NCBI RefSeq assembly: GCF_006345805.1 | Contig: NC_043005.1 | Location: 82,584,001 to 82,648,000, forward strand | From: Octopus sinensis | Taxonomy: Eukaryota | Direction: 5' to 3' | DNA: 64,000 nt | Part shown: positions 24,800-37,129 of the stretch, piece by piece | Layout of the letters: each line of letters opens with the position of its first letter | How positions within the stretch are numbered: position 1 is the first letter of the stretch | Program-made: the position numbers and the translations under genes | The notes under the pieces: model-generated | The model's input: only the letters and a program-made list of their open reading frames with translations | Told to the model about the DNA's origin: nothing | Database searches by the model: none

Positions 24800-26919
24800 C
24801 TTTACATTGTCGAGCGATTACTGTTTACATCTTGTTCTGAGATTTAATAATGTTTACAGACAGTTTTTCGAAATCAGTGGCATAAGTGACTAGAAAAACT
24901 CTTATATTTGCAAAGAGGCTTTCTCTTTCATCATGATACAGTGATTACCGCCCGTTGATAAAAGGCAATAACCTCGAAACTGCGGTCCGGTGCATATCAC
25001 TTAGGCTTACGAGAAAGGGATGGCCTTCCTATGCAAATACTATAAGGGCACAGATAGTGTGCCTAAAGCCAGCTGGAGACGATGATCTCCTGGGGATAAA
25101 AAGCTACAGTAAGACCCACCCTTTGTGGTTAGCCATATTGAGATGGCTATTATACTTTACATTGTCGAGCGATCACTGTTTACATCTCGTTCTGAGATTT
25201 AATAATGCGTAATGAAAACTGTCTAGAAGAAATGTGTGTGGTAATGTCCAGAATTATGCCGTCCTGTAATATAAACATAGCTGAATATAGAGAAACCAGG
25301 CGTTGGTAAACAGCTGTTGATATGAGTTTGGCTGTGATTTGACATTCCACAGGATTGGGAACATTAAGTATGGCATTACTCAAGTTAGACAACAAGTTGC
25401 TAATAGATTTTAGACTGCAAATATTTATATAATTACATCAAGATTTAAATACAGAAGTTAATTTTCCCAAAGCATATGGTCTTACAATGAACGACTCTGA
25501 TGAAGAGAAGAAAACGCTTTTATTTGATCTTGATACTGCTCTGCGGGATACCATGCAATGGTTACATTTTACTTTTGAAAGAATTTCACTGTCTCAGGAT
25601 ATCTTGCTTCGTCCAAGTAAGCACTTGGATGTTTGTAGCTCGGCGGGTGAGAGATCGCCGTTTTGTGCAGAAAGTTTTGAGGATAATCTAAACTTGGCTC
25701 AGGATATGTTGCTTCGTCCAAGTAAGCATCTTTTTGAACGACGAAATCAAATGTGTAGTTACTTCTGTAACTTTGTGATGAGTTTCATCTAACTATCGCT
25801 AACACTATATCTCAGTAAGAAATTAATTATAAATATCACGATGCCAACACAGGTCACATCGTGAACACAGAACTGATTGCCTTAGAGTTTTCGACCATGA
25901 TAAAAATTCAGTTAACATCATGTCATGTGAAAATGCTATATGTTGAATGCATCACTGTATGATACGCACTAATTTCGGTTTTCCTTGCATCCTCTGAACA
26001 AAATTTCACAAAAGAAATAAGACAACAGCAATGAACTCTTTGTTAACTAACGAGGTGCAGTTTGGGTAGAAGCTCTACAATTTTATTTAAAATAATATCA
26101 GAATGCTGAAGAGGGCGACTTAGAAGTGTGTTAAAAAATAAACTTACATGGTACTCTCAATTAATACTCTGCCGACATTCAAACTTTCTGTCAAAAAAAT
26201 AACATTTAGCATTGGTTAATAAAAACTGTGCAGTTATTACAGGTATACTGGACATCCTGCATACATGTCTCAACTTAAGAATCGCTGCCAAGGAACCTTC
26301 CTCTTCAAAAATTGTTTATTATTGTTTCTCCGTGAACACTACTCCGGCCAATCAAAATGACAAGATACTAGTGGCAAAACGAAACGACAGGCAAGAGTCG
26401 GGGGGACCTATTACAATCGGATGATCTTTATGAAATCTGAAAGCCCTGCATAGAGTTTTCAGAGATACTTATTGAAACAGTATCTTTAGAAGATGAGCTG
26501 AACATTTCGATGGATAGTTAACTCGTTGACTGTTTGTTGATGGCAAAGAAACAAACCCAATCACACACGCAGCTTTATCTGAGATGCGGATATGCAACTA
26601 CGTATTAATGAGGTTAATAATACCATTACATAGATATCTAATTGTTGATCAAGGGGGAATTCTCTTGGAGATTAACCAATTTAATGGTTGCATATTATTA
26701 ATAAGCGATACTAAATTTCTCTGATTTATGTGCAATTGTGGTACCGCCCCCTTCTTAACGAAATAATGATCTTTCTATATCAAAATAAAAGCAGAATAAT
26801 CAATATGAGTACTTTATTGTGGAATCACACAGCTTTCAGATGCTAAAAATTCTTTGCCCGCATCATTTCAAACAGAATCTATCCATAGACTATATCCTGG
26901 ATTCAGAATTGTCTTTTTG

Positions 26920-27035
26920 TGTTGTATGTAAAACAATCGATAAGGCATATTCAGGAGAAATCACTTGAACATAAGGATCTGTGCTTGTTCTTTATAGACC
27001 TGGAAAATGCTTTTGATACCAGTCCAGAGTGGATT
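26920..27035 (+). mobile_element. Short LINE reverse-transcriptase fragment (RTE-like)
   Basis: IRHIQEKSLEHKDLCLFFIDLENAFD matches the RQxQEK...FIDLxKAFD motif. Confidence 0.7.
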
Positions 27036-27424
27036 TTAGAACGGGTTACCAAGTGTAGATATCCTGGATCAGATGAAAAATTCCATTATCTCCTTTCGCG
27101 ACGGAAACTACAATGTATATATGGGTTATATTATGATTTTGGTTTTTTGGGGGATATTTCAAGTGGAATTTAAAAAAAACGGTTCTCCGCTGCTCAAGTA
27201 TTCAACTAAAGCATGAGAAAATGCTGTAAAATGTCCAGGTGTGTTGCAGCACTGGCCTCTTCAATGAAAACGCACACAAGCACTAACTCCTACGTGCATA
27301 TCATGCACCCGAAGATGCGTGTTAATGTATATGTATACACACACACATAACTATAGACAGGGGGGGATTGGGTGGCTGTTGTGTGTGTATGCATATATAT
27401 TCCTACATATGATAATATATATTA

Positions 27425-27498
<74 letters not shown>

Positions 27499-27502
27499 TA
27501 AG

Positions 27503-27598
27503 TATATGAAAGAATGGAGTTGAACGACTAGTTAACAAATATCCTTTATTCTCGACATATATTTGTTAACTAGTCGTTCAACTCCATTCTTTCATATA
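27503..27598. repeat. Perfect 40-bp-stem hairpin with 16-nt loop beside (TA)n
   Basis: tatatgaaagaatggagttgaacgactagttaacaaatat / atatttgttaactagtcgttcaactccattctttcatata. Confidence 0.95.
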
Positions 27599-27772
27599 TT
27601 TATAATTTTAAAATAAACATACAAATTTCCGCACGAAGACACGTAGTCTATGCCATAGAGACGTAGCTTCAACCGTGTTCTTTCTGATGTGAATTTGCTA
27701 CCCAGGTATTGGTTATCTTTCGCATTATCCTAATAAGATAATTCATTCAACTACTCAAATATTTATATACAT

Positions 27773-27863
<91 letters not shown>

Positions 27864-27977
27864 TGAGAGAGAGAGAAATATTCATACATATATAGTATAT
27901 ATAGGCACGTGAATATATTATGTGATATATATTTATGGTTATATGTATATATACACACACGCGCACATATATATATA

Positions 27978-28019
<42 letters not shown>

Positions 28020-28199
28020 TGTGTGTCTGTGTGTGCGTGTGTTTGTTAAATAATATGAGACAACAAAGGCTGCGTGGAATTTTCAGGACATATAGAGAGA
28101 GAAAGCTAGTCTTATATTTGTTTCTCGGATATTATATCTGTCTTTATATTGTAGTATTATATTGTAGTTTCTGGCTATTGTTAAAAAATAAACTTACAT

Positions 28200-28660
28200 G
28201 AAGACGATGTGAGATGCCTAAATAGAGGGAAATATTAGAGTTCGATATGAGGAGTTATTTTGGGCAAAGTAGGAAATAAGGAGTATAAAGGGAAATAGGA
28301 GAATAAATGTAGAAATAAAAGGAAAGTGGTGTGTAGAAGTGGTAGAAATGCTTCCTGTCCGTGGTATGTAAATTCCAATAGGAGTTCATATTTCGTCATC
28401 AGAAATGGAAAATGTGGAGACTTAGCTTCCATGTGTCGTTCATTCAAGGGGGTCTTGTGGTGTGAATGAAAATTTGAGAATATGGTGGTAGAAATACGTG
28501 GATATAGAAGGGAGAAGAGATATGCATGTTAAAATGAAGAGAGAGGTCAAAGGAAAAGGTGAGAAAAGGAGAAGCAAAGAACGAGAAAGAGAAAATGAAA
28601 ACAAGATGAGAAAATGATAAAGTGTAAGGGAGTGAAAGAAAAAGAAAAGAATGTTAGTTG
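28200..28660 (-). mobile_element. Possible degraded PLE 3' region (purine-rich on plus, pyrimidine-rich on minus)
   Basis: Composition and layout resemble the C/T-rich region after the endonuclease at 46980-47350; no clean motif. Confidence 0.3.
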
Positions 28661-28712
28661 GTGGTCAAGATATTATGAGGGGTGCCACCTTGGTTCTTCT
28701 GGATACTAATAC

Positions 28713-28776
<64 letters not shown>

Positions 28777-28787
28777 AATAATAATAA

Positions 28788-29027
28788 TAAATATTAGGGA
28801 ATAAATCCAAATTTACAGGGAAAAAATCAGATTTAGGATTAAATCCAATTTTATAGTAAAATATTATATAATATTAATTCGAGACAAAACCACTATTTTG
28901 CAAATCAAACAAGGAAAGACTTAATCAATACATAAAAAATTTTAATATAAAGTAAGTAAACCGCCACTACAATTGTTTCATGTCTTCAAATGACATTCGT
29001 CAGGTGGATTTCCGATCTTCTAATAAG

Positions 29028-29033
<6 letters not shown>
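28788..29033 (-). mobile_element. About 245-bp (TA)n-flanked hammerhead cassette (solo PLE pseudo-LTR or retrozyme-like)
   Basis: Bounded by (TA)n on both sides, contains the ribozyme below, and has a partial relative at 6193. Confidence 0.75.
28964..29007 (-). ncRNA. Intact minimal type-I hammerhead ribozyme
   Basis: Minus strand CCAC CTGACGA ATGTC atttgaa GACAT GAA ACAATTGT A GTGG: helix I 4 bp, CUGANGA core, helix II 5 bp, GAAA, palindromic helix III, GUA site. Confidence 0.88.
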
Positions 29034-29065
<32 letters not shown>

Positions 29066-29232
29066 GATCTATATTCATTTCTATATGTAACAGATAGTGT
29101 ACTGTCGCCTATGTAATTAACAGATTACGAAACCGTTATCAACTAATTCGATACACAGCTATTCCCTCACTTCACTGCTCTTATCTCGTAAAGTGTGTAT
29201 GTGTGCATGTGTGTGTACGTGTGCGTCTATAC

Positions 29233-29298
<66 letters not shown>

Positions 29299-31831
29299 TA
29301 TAAATATATACATACATATAATTATTTCATATGTAATACGTGGAAATATATGACCTACAATATATACATACATATCATTAAACCCCAATGTAAGTTCCCT
29401 GAATGTCGCGGAATCTTATTTAATTCTTCCAAATATATGAAGTATTCTTATGTATTAATGTCTCTGAAATTGATTTATTGTAATGTTGAATAGAAGATAT
29501 GAATATTTTATACGATCAGACTCAACCGTTTGGCTATTGAATGCAAAAGGAAATATGTCAGTGTTTTCCGGTCAGAGAACTAGAATTTCGTGATTTTCCA
29601 TAAAATGCAGCTGCCCAAACGAACAGCAGAAAAGTTAAGTTACTGAGGTTTGTAAATAATAAGTCGATCATATTAAATCATGTACAAGACTTTGAATAGT
29701 AGAATACAATAACAGATATCGTGTGTTATTGTGTTCAGTCGGTTATTTCCCCAAATTTGTAGATTTTGTATAGCATTCCCTTTTCACCACATCGATTCAA
29801 ACATTACAAATTCTAAATTTTCTCATTATACTAAGCGAAATGTCCTGTTGTTTTCTCTGCCCACTACATTACATTGTCTTTATTGTACGTCGGTCAGTTT
29901 GTAACGTTTTGGCCCTGTATAAATTTCTATCAAATTATATAAGTTGTACCTACACGAATGTACACAGTCGATATGTTGGAGTTGCTATTGAAGTAGCTTT
30001 TTGGAGTAGCTATTGAAATTAATGCAAATAATTCTTGCAGACCAATATAATAAATATTTCCTGCAGACCAACAGCAAATGAAGTTTTGAAGCGGACTGAT
30101 TTTAACTTGATCATCAATTGGCGAAAAACCTGATGTAAATGTCACAAAGAGCTGTATTAAGATATGAGTTGTAATATTGGTTTCGAATTTTAATACGTCA
30201 GTAATTTCAGGTAATGGGGGGACAGATGATTGAGTATATATTTTATGTATTAAGTTTGCATGTTTTCGAAATGTCTAAGGCTGAAAGTTAAAGCTATTAT
30301 ATAGTTGAGAGCATTAATGAATAAAAATTTTTAATTAGTTATCATTAACGGCGTTCATGCAACATCTTGCAAGAAATAAATTAGATTAATTCTGTAAATG
30401 TTTCCCAACGAAGTACAGCGAGCTTGCTAGTTATTTATTTTATATTATAACAAACATACAACATTTATATTATACATGAGGTAATTGAGAATAACAACCA
30501 ATTACTAAATAAACGCTCCGTGGATTAGTCATAAAAGTGAAATCACTTTCTTTTCTGTTGCCAAGACGCAAAGAAACACTTGTTTACTTATTTACATAAC
30601 AGCCCTATCACTACACGCTGCAGCGTATCTACCTGTATAACAGTGCAGTGCCATGAAGCTGCAGTGATTTATAACACCCAGGTGTACCTAATTACATGAT
30701 GTAGGTTAGAGGTGAATAGGAATTTGATAGATTCATGCAGTTCTCCAGAGAATAAACGTGAAAAGTGAAATGAAATCGCTCTAATTTTGAATTGAGCTAT
30801 GTTTGCGTTTACAGCTTCTGGAAGCTGATTGCATCTTTCTCTATAATAATATTCTCATATGAAACTATAAATATTGATTTTTGTTGCTGACTCGAAATGT
30901 CACTGGTTTGAAACAAAGGCTAGAGAAGTTGATATGTTCATGTGTTGTCAGTTTAATCTAAATGAACAGGTAAAGGTAATTTCAGTAAACAAGCTACCAC
31001 CGATAGCCAACACCATTTTACAGAATCAAAGTAGCTGACAGTTTACCCGTTGGGCTACAGTAGTCGCCTGAAATAAGTCAGAAAATACTGGTTTACTTTC
31101 CAATATAATCTGTCGATTTATCTATGTCACGAGTATATCAGAGTAAAACGTAGTGTCAATCATACACTTCACCATGAAACCATTATATGTGTAACGTAAA
31201 AGAAATGTTTTCAGAATAGATCAGAAACCGTGTAACCGGGGTATATCATATACTTAAAATATTATATTCTCTACTCAAGATCTCTACACTTTATACTCAT
31301 TATACAGATATTTATTGGGCACAAATATGAGATTGAAAATAAACAGCATGGGTCATACGATTATTTTGTTTTGCTAAACATGTAAAAAAAATGTCTTTTT
31401 GTTGTGGTAACATATAGCGTATAGTGTGATCAGAATTGTAAACTACTAAAGGATGGGTGAGTCGGAGTATTTGGAAGCCTAAGGACTGATAAAATGCATA
31501 TATGATGAGAAGGAATCCAGGTCTGTTAATATAGCAAGAACAAGTCAAAACCATCTGCAAAGATTAAAACTGACGTTTAATAATCACCACGAGGACGCTG
31601 GACCCTTGAGCATTATTCCGTCACCGGAATTACTCATGGGATATTTCGAGATCGACCAGATTGAGTATGTTTCTTTGGAATACTTGAAAATGGAGATGGA
31701 TTGAAACTTCATGTTTTCATCAAACCGAATTCGCCTGAATTCCCTTTACCTGTTTCTTGTCTATCTTTTTCAATTGTATCTATTGTATGTAAGTATATAG
31801 GTACACACACGCACCACACACACACACACCA

Positions 31832-31875
<44 letters not shown>

Positions 31876-31890
31876 ATATATATATATAAT

Positions 31891-32222
31891 TTACATTATA
31901 TAAAAGGGCTTAGTAAAATAAATTACTTTGCCGCATACTGAACTCATTAGAAATAGCAGCCAAAAACTTTTTTAAAACTATTTCTAATACTTAAAGAAAA
32001 CCTCTCTCATATAGTGTTTGCTCAATTCAACTCACGAAAGTATGGGGTAGAGACATTAAAAAATCAAATGCATTTGATTTTTTAATGTCTGGATTATATA
32101 TATGAGAGAGATTTTCGTTAAGTATTAGAAATAGTTTTAAAAAAGTTTTTTAGCTGCTATTTCTAATGAGTTCAGTATGCGGCAAAGTAATTTATTTTAC
32201 TAAGCCCTTTTATATAATGTAA
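31891..32222. repeat. Inverted repeat with about 123-bp arms (31891-32013, 32099-32222) enclosing a perfect 40-bp palindrome (32051-32090)
   Basis: Arms align with a few substitutions; agacattaaaaaatcaaatgcatttgattttttaatgtct is self-complementary. Confidence 0.93.
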
Positions 32223-32310
32223 TAATTTGAATTCGCCTTAAATGGTCCCTTTGCATACTGAATACTTGGTGAAATTGATTAATTAATTAATTTTACCCTC
32301 AATTGTTGAA

Positions 32311-32346
<36 letters not shown>

Positions 32347-32509
32347 CTGCAGACATACAGGCTATAGACAAACAGACAAGATGCAGATAGATAGAGATAG
32401 ATAGATAGATAGATAAACACAAACAGACAGACAGGTATAGGCTCAAGTGTTGTGTAAAGTTAATGCCATTCACTGAGCAATAACTATATAGCTTCTCCTC
32501 AAACACTGG

Positions 32510-32940
32510 TCTTCACACGCCATGATCAACGACAGAAGCTTCGGAACAAAACTGACCCAGCTGAAATCTTCGCGGGGAGGGCCCGTTTCATTTTCCCCGG
32601 ATGGATCTAGAAAGAGCATAATTCGGAAAATTACTAAAGTCTACAATGGTAGAAAGAACCTATGATATTAACGGCTAAAGAGGGCAATGCCAGACGGACT
32701 GACAAGGATGGCACTGCCCAAGCTATGCCTGCGCTAACGATAGCCGTCATCCGTTCCAGCATATCATATTTCAGATTGCTGTGGAGGATGTCTTCTTGAC
32801 TACCACATGTGGGCTATTTCCTGGCAAATCAGTATCCACCCAAATCAAGACCATATAACCGATATTTTTTCACTGATCTTTTCTCATGAGTGTACGAAGA
32901 AATACTTGAAAACAAGGAGCCGTTGCCTCCGATGATCTGA
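32510..32940 (+). mobile_element. Highly degraded RTE-like LINE fragment (linker to RT start)
   Basis: Weak resemblance to the xxPPTxxEI / KAxGxDG / LHxLxxxIWxxExxPxxW / IHKKGDxxDC region. Confidence 0.4.
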
Positions 32941-33384
32941 AATTAGTTTATCATTTACATTTTACTGTTTCACTCATTCAACTACAGCCATGCTGGGCAC
33001 CGCATTGAAGGATTTTACTCAAGTACATATTCTATTGCTCTTTTTGTAGAACAGCTAAGTTACGGTGATATAAACCAACTAACACTGCTTGTCAAGAGGT
33101 TACTCAAAGACACACATCCATATATAAAAACGACAGGATTACACACAGTTGACGTTGACCAAATTCAGGATACTATTAGAAGACACTGGTCCAAATCGCC
33201 GCTCAGGGGAATCTAAAACCACCTGGTCGCAAAGCGATTTTTCAATCACACAGCTAAGCTGTTTTTATATAATTTCATGTGTTTTTTTATGCTTTTGTTG
33301 GTTTCAGTCGTAGGACTGCTACCATGAAGGAGCACAGAATTAATTTCCTTTCACTTTTGTCATCGCTTTATGAAAAAAAAAAAA

Positions 33385-33720
33385 GTTGATCTATGATTGA
33401 GTTTGTAGGAGCTGACCGTCCTTGGGTGTTTCCTTGAACGGTTTTTTAATGTTTCGGTAGAGGTCCCCTTTTTATTTCTGATTTCATTAGGTTAGGCTGT
33501 TGAACAACTGAGGGCCTCTAATTATATGAGTGGTACAATAAAGTATTTTTTCTCGTAATTTCGAAGGAGGTATATCTGGAAGTTGACACTGTCCAGTTTG
33601 CGAATTAAAATTCTCCCTAATGACGAAGTGTGGAACATACTCCACCAGAATTATACGTATGGGATGGTTTATCACTTTTTTGGCGTTCTAGAGACACATA
33701 GCTGATAGACGTTCCCAGTA
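33385..33720 (-). mobile_element. 3' end of a CR1/L2-group LINE
   Basis: SLER...NSQTGQCQLPDIPPSKLR...IRGPQLFNSL, followed by a RxAxTNSIID-type C-terminus. Confidence 0.65.
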
Positions 33721-34049
33721 ATTAAGGCTCGAAGTTATTTTACCAGTGAATGTTCTTTGTAACCCTTCAATTTCTTCTTTGGAAGCAGATGAGTTTCGAG
33801 ACCAAAGCTGCGAGCAATTAATCTAATCTGCTCAGAACTAAGGTATACCCACTTGTTTTTGTTGCACCTTTGTAACTCAAATATTTTCGCATATCTGAAT
33901 GTGTCCAAGCAATAAAATCCCTGAATATATTTATTGGGTAAGATCACTGACCCTTCACTCATACGTTTATATACACATAATTTGTATCATCTTTCTATAC
34001 ATTATATTCTGTGTTTATTGGGTGTTCGTGGTAACAATAAAGAAGTACG

Positions 34050-34057
34050 ATTACTCA

Positions 34058-34120
<63 letters not shown>

Positions 34121-34200
34121 CATCATCATTGTTATTAATATTATTATTATCACTAGTAGTAGTAGTAGTAGTAGTAGTAGATGTTGTTGCTGTTAGTATT
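34050..34200. repeat. (TTA)n/(GTA)n microsatellite
   Basis: Directly visible. Confidence 0.95.
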
Positions 34201-34628
34201 GCTGAAGGTAACATCGTGGTTGATTTATAGCTTTCAGCTAGTATGAGCCATCGATTATGACAAATATCTTCCTGGTGCGCAGCTAAAAGGTTATGTTTTC
34301 AATTATTAATTGCATCGTGTTTACGGATTAGGATATGCTTAGAATAGGGATAGCCCGGATGTTATATATGTGGCAACGCTGACAGTTATTGGAAAGTCGA
34401 AGCACGAATAATATATATGGAGATATATGACACGTTCCTTCATAAAGGCGAGGGTGTAGGTTATGAAAATAGAGGTGTGTTTTTCCATAAAGGCGAGGAG
34501 ATACATATAAATACATACAAATAATTATGTGTATATGTGTGTGCGTGTTTGTGCGCGTGTGTAATTACATAAATGCTTGCGCATATACAAATATTCACAC
34601 TCACACACAGACATATATTTAAATGCAT

Positions 34629-34737
<109 letters not shown>

Positions 34738-35769
34738 CTACATATATACTTGTGCTTGAAAAGCTATAGAAGCTGCTTTTAAAAGATGCCTCTCCATGAA
34801 GTTTTGTACATGACCAAATATAATGAGTTATCTATCAAAATTCTCGGTTTCAAAACAACATATCAATTAGATTGTCTTGGGGACGGGGGTCTACATACTG
34901 ATGCTACTGTTTCATTTCTCGTCTGATAGGCACCATAGACGTCAAACTGATGTATAAAATGATTGAAGCTGACGTATAGATATCCGTTTGGAATGTACAA
35001 GTCAGCTGTTGTATATATAAAACTAATAAAAAGCTATACGATCTCTTGAACCGAGTACAGGAAGTGATATAGAATACCATAACACAGTCCACGTGATCGG
35101 CATAAACTCTCTTATTCAAGGAAGAAGTGTTCTTGATGGAATGAGCATTTCTGAAAGTTTCTTGAATTTAGAGCCCAAAGTCAAAGCAACCCTTCAGCAG
35201 AAAATAATGATTGCAGATATGGTCAGCCTACCTTCTCTAGAACTACATGGTTATATGATAAGCAAGGTATCTAACAGAGATGGTTTAGTTGCAAAACTTT
35301 GATGATTGTAGCAGACTTGAGATCATGCACAATGGGGATTTCTCATACCTGCAATAGAGAGAGACTCTGTGATGGAATCATTTAAAAAAAGATGAACATA
35401 TGCGGGAAATATACGCATAATTGCAGCATGTTGTTCTTCTCTTTGACGCTGGAATTTTCTTTTTCTGTATTTCTTTTATTGCATTATTCAGTCTCATTAC
35501 TCATTTTCCATGAATAGCTCCCTGACTGAAAATCGGTTGGAATTTATTTAAAAGATTTTAATTTATCTAAACTGTTTGCAACAATTGTTTTATCTTTATT
35601 CAGCATTTTCATCCTTTTAGTTCCATTATGAAGCAGAAAACATTTCAATCTTCTTTTCAAGCTATCAATAAAAAGGCGCCAGTTGCTTGCATCATAATCC
35701 ATTTATCACACACCAACATTTTGTGCCGCTTTTCTTCCTCGTGGGGTGATGATATCTAATAAAATACTT

Positions 35770-36190
35770 ATTTCTAGTTTTGGCACAAACTCAGCAATTT
35801 CGTGGGGCTGGTCAATTTACATCGACCTTAGTACTTGACTGGTACTTATTCATGAATCTTGATAGGATGAAAAGCAAAGATAACTTCAGTCGGATTTAAA
35901 CTCAGGGCGTAAAGAACTGAGAAAAATGACTATGTACTTTGTTCGTCGACCTAAAGAATCTCGTACAATGATATTAGTTTCAAATGTTGGCACAAGGCCT
36001 GCAATTTCATGGGTGGGGTTAAGTCGATTACGTCGACTCTAATACTCAGTCGGTACTTATTTCATCTTACGCGACAGGATGAAAGGCAAAGTCGACCCCG
36101 ACGGCATTTGAACTTAGGGCATAAAGTCGGAAGAAATACTGCTAAACATTTTTGTCCGGTACGGTAACGATTCTACTTGCTGGCAACCTT
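35770..36190 (-). mobile_element. Two tandem SINE family C copies (a further diverged copy lies at about 36900-37050)
   Basis: ttttggcacaaactcagcaatttc and gttggcacaaggcctgcaatttc...gatgaaaggcaaagtcgacccc...gaacttagggcataaag...aacgattc. Confidence 0.78.
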
Positions 36191-37129
36191 ATTCTATTAC
36201 AATAGTATTGAAGAGAAAATATCCTTCTAAATTCAAGTATGTTCACCTCGCCCTTTTTCTGTCTAACTCCTGTTAAGATAACACGCTGTCATACTTTGTC
36301 ATAATTTGAATATGTAAATGCCAAGTCACCAACTGTTTTTTTGGCATCCATATATTTGGCTATTTCGCATTTTACAAGTTGTAACTTCACTCATGAAGGA
36401 ACAGCATATGGCATTGGCTGTCATTACAACAACTCCAAATGACAGAATTGTTTACGCATTGTCACATTAATTACAGAAGGAAGGATGAAAAGAGATAAAA
36501 TAAAGCGTGAAACTTGACAATGTGTATAATAGAAACAAGAAAAAAGTCATAAATTTCCGCCTGATACTTCTTGCCTGCTTAAAGGTAGTAGATGTGAATT
36601 TCTCAGCGTATTTCCTGAATCTTATTACTTCTATCTATGGTTTCGTTTCGCTATACAAAACGGAAAACTAAATGAATGCTCATACTTTATTCAACTCTGC
36701 ATGCAATCTCGTTTCTTTGCATCTACCGAAATTATATTTTTTTTTCTTTACTCCTCAATTTTCTGTTTAAAATTTGTTGCGTACGTAAAAGAAAACTTGC
36801 AACATTTACTTCGTACGACAATAAGGGATAGTTATTTAGTTGACGCAAATAAATAGACTATGAGGTGTGTTTGATGTTGCAAATAGGAAGGGAAATGGTT
36901 TCAAGTTACAGTACAAGGCTAGCACTTTTTGTATAAGGAGAATAGTATAAAATATGGCTGCCAGTACTCAACTGGTACTTATTTATCGATCGCGAAAGGA
37001 TATAAACGTAAGCGGGTTTTGAACTTAGAACGTAATGAATCGGTGCTAAATAGAATATTATATATTATAACTTTGGAGTTTTCTCATATAAATGTATGAC
37101 AAAACTTTACATTTGTTACCAGTGAAATT

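Noticed and set aside
25495-25520. CTGATGA followed by GAAAAC
   Set aside because: No helix II or palindromic helix III; chance match
31483-31707. 74-codon open frame (YDEKESRSVNIARTSQNHLQRL...)
   Set aside because: No start codon, no convincing acceptor, no recognisable homology
35093-35400. Possible CR1/L2 RT remnant
   Set aside because: Motif resemblance too weak to call
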